Source of the DNA: an uncultured Verrucomicrobiae bacterium
GTDB taxonomy: Bacteria > Verrucomicrobiota > Verrucomicrobiia > Chthoniobacterales > UBA10450
Direction: 5' to 3'
Length of the DNA stretch: 64,000 nt
Assembly (NCBI GenBank): GCA_963772365.1
Contig: CAVYXA010000002.1
Location: 32,763-96,762 of the forward strand
Positions 10,101 to 18,155 of this stretch are shown here, piece after piece. Below the pieces are notes generated by a model. It did no database searches. It was not told the origin of the DNA and saw nothing but the letters and a program-made list of their open reading frames with translations. The first letter of the stretch is position 1, and each line of letters starts with the position of its first letter. The position numbers were made by a program, and so were the translations under genes.

Positions 10101-10342
10101 CCGTGGGCACTTTGCGGGCCGAGCGAAGGGCCAGCGGCTGTGAGCAAGCCGGCAACACGCCGGCTTGGGCGAGCAGAACGCTCGCTCTGGCTGGCATGTT
10201 GCCAGCCAGCCGCACCTGGACCACTGAGAGAGTCGGCGAACGAACAGAATCCGCTGTGACAGCGGACACTACAGCAGTTGGTTGGCCCGCTACCGGCAGG
10301 CGAGGGCGGAACGCCGCCTTCGGGGTGGAACGCGGCCCACGG
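10101..10342 (+). ncRNA. Candidate structured non-coding RNA (unidentified), nested multi-stem
   Basis: Closing stem ccgtgggc/gcccacgg, two further nested long-range stems and five hairpins; G-U pairs favour the + strand. Confidence 0.5.
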
Positions 10343-10412
10343 GAAGTTATTGACAATTGTTCACAATTAAACGAAACGAGACTCCCGCCCTCTAAAAAAA
10401 GGAGATTCTGTT

Positions 10413-11274
10413 ATGCGTCCGATCTGGAAAGGCAGCATCAGCTTTGGGTTGGTTTACATTCCCGTGGCAGTTTACCCGGCCACACGCGAAGAGAAGATTA
10501 GTTTCCGCCAGCTTCGCTCCAACGATCTCAGCCCAATCAAATACAAAAAAGTCGCCGAAGCAGATTCGAAAGAAGTCCCGGCCGATCAAATCGTCAAAGG
10601 CTTCGAGTACGAACGCGGCCATTATGTTGTGATGAAGGACGAGGACTTCGAAAAGGTGCGAATCGAATCGACGCATTCCATCGACATCACCGATTTCGTC
10701 GAGGTCGAACAGGTCGATCCGAAATTTTTCTATAAACCGTATTTCCTGGAGCCGCAGAAAGGCGGCGAAAAAGCCTACGCGGTTCTGCACAAGGCGTTGA
10801 GCGGCACGGACAAGATTGGCGTGGCCAAAGTCGTGATCAGCAATCGCGAGCACCTGGCCGCCGTAAAACCCGATGGGCTGTTTCTGATTCTTGAGCTGAT
10901 GCATTTCGCCAGCGAAATCATGAGTACCGATATTCTAACAAATGGCGCAGGGACGGCCCGTGACCGATAAGGAATTGAAAATGGCCCAGGCCCTCATTGA
11001 CAGCATGACGGTGACATGGGCGCCGGAGAAATATCGCGATGAATACCGCACCGCGTTGATGGAACTCATCGAACAAAAAGCCAAGCACAAGGAGATCACA
11101 ACCAAGGCGCCGCCACCGCCGACTCCGACCAACGTTGTCGATCTTGTGAAAGTTCTCCAGGACAGCCTGAACCGAAGCCAATCGACGCGGCCAAAAAGCG
11201 GCGGAGTTCGATCTGGCGTTCGCCGCTCGAATAGCGCGCTGGTAAAACAAAAACGCCGCGCCGGCGCGTATTGA
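10413..11274 (+). CDS. ku: Non-homologous end joining protein Ku (apparent frameshift near 10945)
   Basis: MRPIWKGSISFGLV, IVKGFEY, KPYFLEP; second frame gives PEKYRDEY, NVVDL and a basic tail. Confidence 0.93.
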
Positions 11275-11308
11275 TTTTCGAGCGAAGCGGGAAAGCCGTT
11301 GCATCTTA

Positions 11309-11500
11309 AGGTGGATCGGCTTCTCCGAAGACGATGTTGGGGACGATCGCCTAAGGCGCAAACCAAAGCATTTCCTATCGGAGGAGAAGTTTGGCGCAGG
11401 CGCGCTTTTATTTTGCCAACGCGTTGAGGACAACACGTTCCACCAGATGTTTGACCAAAATGTTTGAGAGAAGGTGGATCGGCTTCTCCGAAGACGATGC
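11309..11500. repeat. REP-like family E (ggtggatcggcttctccgaagacgatg), two copies
   Basis: Direct copies near 11309 and 11473; a third near 44639. Confidence 0.75.
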
Positions 11501-11535
11501 TAAAAACAATAGCCGAAGGCGCAACACTCGAATTT

Positions 11536-12285
11536 ATGAGAAGAGTATTATTAACGCTGTTCGCTTTTGCGGCTTTTGCAGGCACGTGCACCGCGGCAGT
11601 AGCGCAGCCGCTTCAAAATTGTGGCCAGCTTCTGGTCGTTACAACTTCTTCCTGGTCGGCGCCGAGCGGCGCGATGTCGATCTTCGAACGCGATAGCAAC
11701 GGATCGTGGAGACAGCGCGGGTCAAAGTGTGACGTGCGCATTGGCCGGGCGGGTCTCGGTTGGGGACGGGGCATCGTGGAGACCAAATCCCTCAGCGGGC
11801 CGCGCAAACGAGAAGGCGACGACAAAGCGCCAGCGGGAATTTTCCGGCTGGGAAGTGTGTTCGGTTCCAAGCGCGAAACTAAAATGCCATTCATCCGATT
11901 GTCGAAAGACATCGTCTGCGTGGACGATCCGGACTCGCAGTATTACAACCGAATTGTCGATGCGTCGAAGATTCGCCCGCCTTCGCCAAGGCTACGGCGG
12001 GCGAGCCCTCGCGATTGGAGACACGCCGAACAATTATTCGGCGTCGATGTTTACAAATGGGGAGTATTCGTTGAACACAATGTTCCTCCGAAACCTCGGG
12101 CCGGTTCCTGTATTTTCCTCCACGTCTGGAAAACTTCTCGCACTTCCACATCCGGTTGCACAGCGATGTCAGAGCAGAACCTGATCTCAATCATTCACTG
12201 GCTCGATCCAAAGAAGCACCCGCTTCTCGTCCAATTGCCGCGTCCAGTTTACGATGGATCGCGATCAAAATGGAACCTGCCCTGA
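11536..12285 (+). CDS. L,D-transpeptidase (YkuD-like) family exported protein
   Basis: Signal peptide, KREGDDKAPAG, GSCIFLH...TSGC catalytic motif. Confidence 0.85.
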   Translation: MRRVLLTLFAFAAFAGTCTAAVAQPLQNCGQLLVVTTSSWSAPSGAMSIFERDSNGSWRQRGSKCDVRIGRAGLGWGRGIVETKSLSGPRKREGDDKAPAGIFRLGSVFGSKRETKMPFIRLSKDIVCVDDPDSQYYNRIVDASKIRPPSPRLRRASPRDWRHAEQLFGVDVYKWGVFVEHNVPPKPRAGSCIFLHVWKTSRTSTSGCTAMSEQNLISIIHWLDPKKHPLLVQLPRPVYDGSRSKWNLP

Positions 12286-12340
12286 ATTTGCGAGACCGCC
12301 GCTATGCCGGATTCGATTGGTTGGATGCTTTCATTCGCCA

Positions 12341-12760
12341 CTATCGATCGAATGAATCTGGGAAGATCATCGTCCCGTCTTTGTCGAATCCGAAAGTCAC
12401 TTTAGATGAGCCCTCGTGTCCATCGGAAGCGGCCCCGGCGTAAACGCGACCGGGAATGAGCTTCTGCGGTTGAATCATCGTAGTAAACCCAGGAGGCGTA
12501 ACTCCGTACTCGAGTGGGTGGGTCAGACCACGGCTGCCCACGATGGACCACATCGCCTTCCATCTGTCATCGGCGGTCCGCATAGAAACGGTGAATGACT
12601 TGATATCGGTCTTCGGACGTTTGGTGGAATCACGGTAAAACTCGAACCGGATCGGCCCGCCCAATCGCCCGCTCGCCCTGGAAATAAACGAGTATGACAT
12701 CGCCTCGGCAGCGATGCCCGCGGACAGCAATAACATGATAGCAACGACGCGCCTTTTCAT
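12341..12760 (-). CDS. Integron cassette 5: secreted hypothetical protein
   Basis: ATG directly follows attC R' (GTTAG-ATG); signal peptide; followed by a degenerate R'' box (ATCCAAC, 12320-12326). Confidence 0.75.
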   Translation of the reverse strand: MKRRVVAIMLLLSAGIAAEAMSYSFISRASGRLGGPIRFEFYRDSTKRPKTDIKSFTVSMRTADDRWKAMWSIVGSRGLTHPLEYGVTPPGFTTMIQPQKLIPGRVYAGAASDGHEGSSKVTFGFDKDGTMIFPDSFDR

Positions 12761-12881
12761 CTAACGATAACAAGATAAGCCACCGCTGATGGCAGCAAGC
12801 TGTGCTTGGAATAAGTGTGTGTTGATCATCAAAGGTGAGGCTGTACGCGGTGAAGCGGTTCGCTGCATCGACTGGTTAGAC
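12759..12881 (-). mobile_element. Integron attC site
   Basis: Minus strand GTCTAAC-cagtc-GATGCAGC...GCTTATC-ttgttatc-GTTAGAT; imperfect palindrome. Confidence 0.88.
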
Positions 12882-12884
12882 CCT

Positions 12885-13232
12885 TCAATGGATTTTCTGC
12901 ACATCCTCGATAAACGCATCCAGCCCACCAGATATCAAAAACCAAACATCGATTGTCTTGCCGTTTCGCCGCCGAACCGTGTACACATCGTAACGTTTCT
13001 TGCCTGGAGGAACCGCTAAGGTCTGCATGAGGACTTTCGATCCCGGGTATTTCTGCGCGATCCAAGCATAGGCGTTTTGCTCAACGCCGACAGCAATCAC
13101 CGCCTGCTCTTGGGAACTGCCGTCGCCCCCGTAATAACCTAGCTTTGTGTGGCTGTAATCGGGAGACGTATCACGCGTGGAGCAACCGAAGATGGACCAG
13201 CAGATTATTGATAAGGTGAGTAGTAAGCGCAT
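12885..13232 (-). CDS. Integron cassette 4: putative lipoprotein
   Basis: Lipobox-like IFGC, GGDGSSQEQAVI; bounded by attC sites. Confidence 0.78.
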   Translation of the reverse strand: MRLLLTLSIICWSIFGCSTRDTSPDYSHTKLGYYGGDGSSQEQAVIAVGVEQNAYAWIAQKYPGSKVLMQTLAVPPGKKRYDVYTVRRRNGKTIDVWFLISGGLDAFIEDVQKIH

Positions 13233-13234
13233 AG

Positions 13235-13367
13235 ATCTAACGAGAACAAGATGAGCGACGGCGGACGAGGGCGCGCGTCGCTCGAAGTGGAAGTGTGGAA
13301 GTCATCTCAAAAGCGGAGCGTACAGCCCCGAATGTTTTCGGGGTTCGCTCCATCGCATGGGTTAGGC
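13235..13367 (-). mobile_element. Integron attC site
   Basis: Minus strand GCCTAAC...GATGGAGC...GCTCATC-ttgttctc-GTTAGAT. Confidence 0.88.
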
Positions 13368-13577
13368 CTTTGTCGTGGCAGCAAGCGGGATATGCGAAGT
13401 CGTGAGCTCTCGCAGGTCCAACTTCTGACTGGCGTAATCGATGTCGATCCCGACGAGCGTACCCTCGGCGTCGTAATCCAGCACGACGCCGGGTGCGACC
13501 TCTTCGCTCTCAACACTCGGTCGTGAAGAGAAATCGATGTAGAGCGAGTCGGTGTCCGGAAAGTAATCGAGCTTCAT
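13362..13577 (-). CDS. Integron cassette 3: DUF2283-like putative antitoxin
   Basis: MKLDYFPDTDSLYI, GVVLDYDAEGTLVGIDI; stop codon lies inside attC R''. Confidence 0.85.
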   Translation of the reverse strand: MKLDYFPDTDSLYIDFSSRPSVESEEVAPGVVLDYDAEGTLVGIDIDYASQKLDLRELTTSHIPLAATTKA

Positions 13578-13666
13578 GGGCGAAATCTGCGATCCAAGAA
13601 TGCGTTGTGAACCGTGAGCTTATCAGAGAGCGTGATCACCCGCAAGAAGCGACCGCTCAGCTCCGG
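13574..13666 (-). pseudogene. 3' fragment of the partner toxin (DUF4258/BrnT-like)
   Basis: PELSGRFLRVITLSDKLTVHNAFLDRRFRP*, overlapping the antitoxin ATG; 5' part replaced by IS sequence. Confidence 0.65.
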
Positions 13667-14156
13667 CTTTCGGGGTTCCAACCGCAATATCCACCAGTTA
13701 AAAAACGGCTCGCTATCCTGGCAAAGGGCGCGCCCGCCACCGGCGCACAACGCAAAAAAGCCATCGTCGCTGTGGCCCGGCATTTGGCCGTCGATCTGTG
13801 GCGCGTGCACACCGGACGCTGTACCGCAGCCGGGCTCGGCCTAACTATTTAACGATTGAGTTCGAGGGGAACAGTTTTGGAACGTGGCGCGTGTCCGGGA
13901 TCTAACCTGAACCGTTAAAACGACGAGCTTCGTCGCTTTAGATTGGACCGCGTCAAAGTTCCGCTTCAGTCGAGACGGAATAAGTCACATTGCGCTGTCA
14001 AAATTAACATCGACATGCGCGGATAGGAGTATCAGCCGCTGAACAATCCAAAGCGCGCACCAGAAGCGGAAGCGTTCCTCCCCAAGTTCAACCCCACAAC
14101 CTGACAAACCAATGTAACGTCATCCTCAAAACTTATCTTTGACACCCTTCATAGGG
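13667..14156 (+). mobile_element. IS110/IS1111-family remnant: transposase C-terminus (to 13852) plus ~300-nt right non-coding end
   Basis: FQPQYPP...RKKAIVAVARHLAVDLWR; ends in tttgaca...catagg directly against an attC R'' box. Confidence 0.8.
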
Positions 14157-14163
14157 GTTAGGC
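14157..14163 (-). mobile_element. R'' box of an interrupted attC (cassette 2)
   Basis: GCCTAAC on the minus strand downstream of the 336-aa ORF, followed immediately by the IS end. Confidence 0.65.
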
Positions 14164-14267
14164 CTTTGGCGTGTTTCACTCGAAGTGTAGAGCCTGATCG
14201 CATCGGGACGTGGTAGTGAGAATGGATGATGGCCGACAAGATCGGAGCCGTCGTCGTGATGTGTGAG

Positions 14268-15278
14268 TTAGTCTCCGCCGTCCATCCGCTCACCCTCCGT
14301 AGTCATTGCCTTAGCTCTCGCGGAATTGCGACCCGTCCTCCGATCAATCTCCAAGAAGGTTTTTCCAATTAGGTCGCTCAAGAGCCGTAGGGCCATCAAT
14401 ATCATGCGGTCGTCGTCGGTGCAGTAAGCCTCAGGCAGTGCATGATTGGCAAGGTTCAGGCTGATTACGCACATGTGCGCTGGGTCGGTGAAAGCGCTGT
14501 TGCTCCGTCCCGTCAGCAGGACGGGCTTGTCCAAAGGTGCTTCAGCCGCACCTAAGCTGGCATTGTAGGGTTTCGCACCAACATGTATGTCATCTGATGC
14601 CCATTTGAAGCGTGGTCGCCAGTGATCGAGACCAGTCGCCTTCTCAAGATCATAAAGATTGATACCTTTCGGCTTGTCGACGGTGGGGTATGCCCACCCG
14701 TAGTCCTCCCTGAATTCAGCGCCAAACTCCTTGATCAACAAAGCCTTCGTGGCCTCCGCTGCCTCTAGACTTCCAGGCTCCAGGGGGGTCATATTCGAGC
14801 GAGGCAGAAACTCAGAATATTGCTTGAGAGCCTTGGCGCTCACGATCCCGCGATGAGCGATGAAGCGTTTTGAAACCTCGCGGTCATACCCGGCTAGGAA
14901 GGTGGATACGACGCCAATCTCATGGAGGGTGCGCCAGCGGCTCAATGCACCATCGGGAAATCCTTCGCGGAGCAGTGCGAGGATTTCATTGGAGACGCGG
15001 ACGGCGCGGGCGTGCAGCGCCACATTAGCCTCAAAAGTGTAATTTTGATCCCGCAGTGCGCGCGGTCGCTCGCGTTGATTGAACGTGGAGCCGTATTCCT
15101 CGCTGATGACGATGAACATCGTGAGAAGGTCTAGCCCTTCCCTCCATCGCGTATAGCAGCGCCGTCGAAAACCTGCGTCGTGTTTCCGGTGATCGGCCAG
15201 CATTTCCGGCAGATGCTCGAACAAGCGGTTGAGGAGCTCAGCGCCCCGCTCGACATCTTGTTTCAGGTCATCGGGCAT
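14268..15278 (-). CDS. Integron cassette 2: DUF5677-like hypothetical protein
   Basis: GFPDGALSRWRTLHE, YGWA, WASDDIH; bounded by attC sequences. Confidence 0.75.
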   Translation of the reverse strand: MPDDLKQDVERGAELLNRLFEHLPEMLADHRKHDAGFRRRCYTRWREGLDLLTMFIVISEEYGSTFNQRERPRALRDQNYTFEANVALHARAVRVSNEILALLREGFPDGALSRWRTLHEIGVVSTFLAGYDREVSKRFIAHRGIVSAKALKQYSEFLPRSNMTPLEPGSLEAAEATKALLIKEFGAEFREDYGWAYPTVDKPKGINLYDLEKATGLDHWRPRFKWASDDIHVGAKPYNASLGAAEAPLDKPVLLTGRSNSAFTDPAHMCVISLNLANHALPEAYCTDDDRMILMALRLLSDLIGKTFLEIDRRTGRNSARAKAMTTEGERMDGGD

Positions 15279-15373
15279 GGAAACTCAGGCGTCATTCGCC
15301 GGAAAAGAGCGCGCTCCTCAGAACGCAGCGGTCGATGGTCGGGAGTGGTAGCGGCAGTGTGCACGTGGAATGC

Positions 15374-15496
15374 GCCTAACGAGAACAAGATGAGCGACCG
15401 CCGCTGGGAGCGAGCAGTGCTCGAAGCAAAACTATTTTAATCATAGGAAATGTGAATGCACGACGGGCGGCGGTTCGCTCCAGCGCCTGGTTAGGC
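15374..15496 (-). mobile_element. Integron attC site
   Basis: Minus strand GCCTAAC-caggc-GCTGGAGC...GCTCATC-ttgttctc-GTTAGGC. Confidence 0.9.
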
Positions 15497-15505
15497 CTGG
15501 CGTGT

Positions 15506-15826
15506 TCATTGATGCGGACCGCCGCGAATGTGAAGACCACAACGTGGACAGACGTAGTTGTAGCCTGTCATCAAAACCATGTAGATCAAGCCAGGGAGCA
15601 AGAACAGAAAGCAGAGGACGATGGCGACAAGGATGCTGCCTCGCGCTTCCTTTTTTGGCGGGCCGATATAGCCGCACTGTGGGTTCGGGCAGATGATGTC
15701 GCCTGGATTGAGCTTTTGTGGCTTTGCAGATGCAGACGTTGCCGCAAGCGGAAAACCACAATGTGGGCAGGATCCGGCTGCAGAAGAGATTTCCCTGCTG
15801 CATTCTTGACATTTGGTCAGCGCCAT
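15506..15826 (-). CDS. Integron cassette 1: zinc-ribbon membrane protein
   Basis: CQEC..CPHCG and CPNPQCG-hydrophobic segment-CPRCG. Confidence 0.8.
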   Translation of the reverse strand: MALTKCQECSREISSAAGSCPHCGFPLAATSASAKPQKLNPGDIICPNPQCGYIGPPKKEARGSILVAIVLCFLFLLPGLIYMVLMTGYNYVCPRCGLHIRGGPHQ

Positions 15827-15847
15827 GATCTTAGCGGATTTGATTGG

Positions 15848-15900
15848 GCCTAACTATAATTAGACCCCATTGTTTGTACGAGGCCAGATATTTCTGTGTG
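15848..15900 (-). mobile_element. Putative attI site
   Basis: Minus strand gtctaattataGTTAGGC heads the array, with no attC palindrome upstream. Confidence 0.55.
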
Positions 15901-15957
15901 CACGGGGAATGTTCGTTTATCGCTGGTGTTCCGGGATTTGTCACGATAAAAGGGCGG

Positions 15958-16161
15958 ATGCCGCGACCCAAACCGCATTATTCTCTGCTCTTGAAAAATC
16001 ATCATACCGGAGAGCAGCTCCGGCTCGATTTGGTGGATCTTCCTTTCGTTACCGCCAAGCAGTTCCGGCTGCGGCTGAATGGTCATTGGGCAAAGAAACT
16101 ACCAGTCGCGAGCAAAACGACTGTGCTCCGTCAATTGCGGACCTGGTGGGTGACACATTAG
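15958..16161 (+). CDS. Small basic hypothetical protein (67 aa), divergent from the cassette array
   Basis: MPRPKPHYSLLLKNHHTGEQLRLDLVDLPF...; occupies the usual intI position. Confidence 0.6.
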   Translation: MPRPKPHYSLLLKNHHTGEQLRLDLVDLPFVTAKQFRLRLNGHWAKKLPVASKTTVLRQLRTWWVTH

Positions 16162-16264
16162 CGGCAAGGTCCTGATCGTTACAGTCTTCACCGAAAGACG
16201 CAGCAGGACGGCATTTTTTTCTCGAGCATTTTGTTTCGGGCATGAAACTTGGTAAGCTGGCTCC

Positions 16265-17573
16265 GTGGTGAATAGGATCGACATCTATGATGTTGTCATC
16301 ATTGGCGGCGGGCCGGCGGGAAGCACGGCCGCGACTTTGCTCGCCCAGGCTGGCCGCCGCGTGATCCTTCTCGAGCGCGAGAGATTTCCCCGATTTCATA
16401 TCGGCGAATCGCTGCTGCCTTTCAGCATGCAGGCGTTCGATCGCCTGGGCGTCCGGGAAAAGCTGGATCGCGCATTTCTGCCCAAGTATGGCGGGGAAAT
16501 CATGGCTGCGTGCGGGACGAAGAGCATAAAATTCTATTTCAAAGATGGCTTCCGGGCGCGGCGCGATCATGCGTATCAAGTCACGCGCTCGGAGTTCGAT
16601 AAACTGCTATTGGATCACGCCCGTGAGCAGGGAGCTGAGGTTCGCGAGGAGACGGACGTGAAGCGGATCGAATTTGAACCCGGCCGGGTGAAGATCGACA
16701 TCGAAAATTCCGACGGACGAATCGAGACATTGCAGGCCAAATACGTCCTCGATTGCAGCGGTCGCCAGACCGTGCTCGGCAACATGTTCAGGCTGAAAAA
16801 GGCCTACGATCATCTCCAGAAATTTTCCGTCTTTGCGCATTACGAGAATGTCGATCGTGAAGAAGGAATCGACGCCACGCTGATTCGCATTGTGCGGGGG
16901 ATTGATCGCTGGTTCTGGATTATTCCGCTTACCGCCACGCGCGCCAGTATCGGTGTCGTGATGGACACCACGACTTTTCGCGCTACGAAACTTTCGCCCG
17001 AAGCTGCGCTGGAAAAGTGTCTCGACGAGCAACCGATGATGCTCAGATGGATGAAACGGGCCGAGCGCGTCTCGCCGGTTTATTCAGCCGGCGATTATTC
17101 CTATCGCAACACCAGATTTTTCGGGGACCGCTGGCTGCTGGCCGGCGATGCCGCCGGCTTTATCGATCCTGTGTTCAGCAGCGGTGTGTTCCTCGCAATC
17201 ACTTCTGCAGAACGGGCCGCTGATACGCTGGATCAAGTTTTACGAAATGAATCTCGCCGCCAGCGTCTGTTTCGGAGAGTACTCGCGCTCCTTGAATCGG
17301 CTGATGGATGTTTATCTCAAGTTCGTGAATTCTTGGTATCTCAACGGAAAAGAATTTATCGAAATATTTCTGAACCCCACCGAGCGGATGCAGATTGCAT
17401 CGGCGGTCAATGCCGTCCTGGCGGGCAACGAAGGCAGGAGCTTTCACATCCGATGGCGGATGTGGCTGTTCTATTTCTTTGTGAAGATGCAGCGATTTTT
17501 CCCGTTGTGTCCGCGGCTCTCGCTCGTGCCGAAAAAGGGAGACGTGGTCCCGGCCGAAGCTGCGATTTCCTAA
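16265..17573 (+). CDS. Flavin-dependent halogenase-like oxidoreductase (apparent frameshift near 17275)
   Basis: GGGPAG, FPRFHIGES, WFWIIP (WxWxIP), GDAAGFIDPVFSSG. Confidence 0.85.
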
Positions 17574-17579
17574 ATGTAG

Positions 17580-18002
17580 ATGTCGATCCTAAGAAAATAT
17601 GTGACCGTTGCGATCGTGATTTCAATCGGCGGTTGCGTCTCAGTCTCTCAACATGAATTCGCCGAGCCGGCAAGCGGATGGCAAACGCGCACGGGTCAGC
17701 TTTTGGTTCGGAGCTCCCATTCTACATTCATCGGCGATGTGATTGTGCGTTTTTCCAGGACCGGAGATTTCGAGCTCAACTTTTCCAAAGGTCCGGGCCT
17801 GACGCTTTTGGCCATTCGCGAGGACCAATCGTTCGCGCAAGTGAAAGGCGCGCTGGCGCAACGAGGATGGTCGGGTCCGATCGATCGCGCGCCGGCGCAA
17901 CTGCGAGAATGGTTGGGATTGCGCGAAGCGTTTCTTAAGAACCCAGACCGCAGATCGTTTCGCTATAAAACTGACGGCCAAACATTTCTGTTTCGGCTCT
18001 GA
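17580..18002 (+). CDS. Putative lipoprotein
   Basis: Signal peptide ending in IGGC; lies between the halogenase and MMPL genes. Confidence 0.7.
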   Translation: MSILRKYVTVAIVISIGGCVSVSQHEFAEPASGWQTRTGQLLVRSSHSTFIGDVIVRFSRTGDFELNFSKGPGLTLLAIREDQSFAQVKGALAQRGWSGPIDRAPAQLREWLGLREAFLKNPDRRSFRYKTDGQTFLFRL

Positions 18003-18014
18003 GAGGGGCCACGC

Positions 18015-18085
18015 TGTAGGAGAAGCTGACAGCTTCCCCCATCGCGACGGATGAAACTCGGGAAGCTGACAGCTTCCCTTACAGG
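18015..18085. repeat. REP-like doublet (gaagctgacagcttc x2, tgta...taca ends)
   Basis: Two near-identical hairpins in an intergenic position. Confidence 0.7.
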
Positions 18086-18155
18086 AATAACATCGACAGT
18101 TCGGGCACGGGTTGATTGGCAAATTGCAGTCGCTTCGTGTTCATTCGTGGGGCAG

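Noticed and set aside
10101..10342. Structured region as RNase P, tmRNA, SRP, glycine/cobalamin riboswitch or retron msr-msd
   Set aside because: Diagnostic motifs were not found and there is no reverse transcriptase in the window; kept as an unidentified candidate
11309..11500. Repeated 27-mer as a CRISPR array
   Set aside because: Only two local copies about 163 bp apart, a third 33 kb away, and no cas genes
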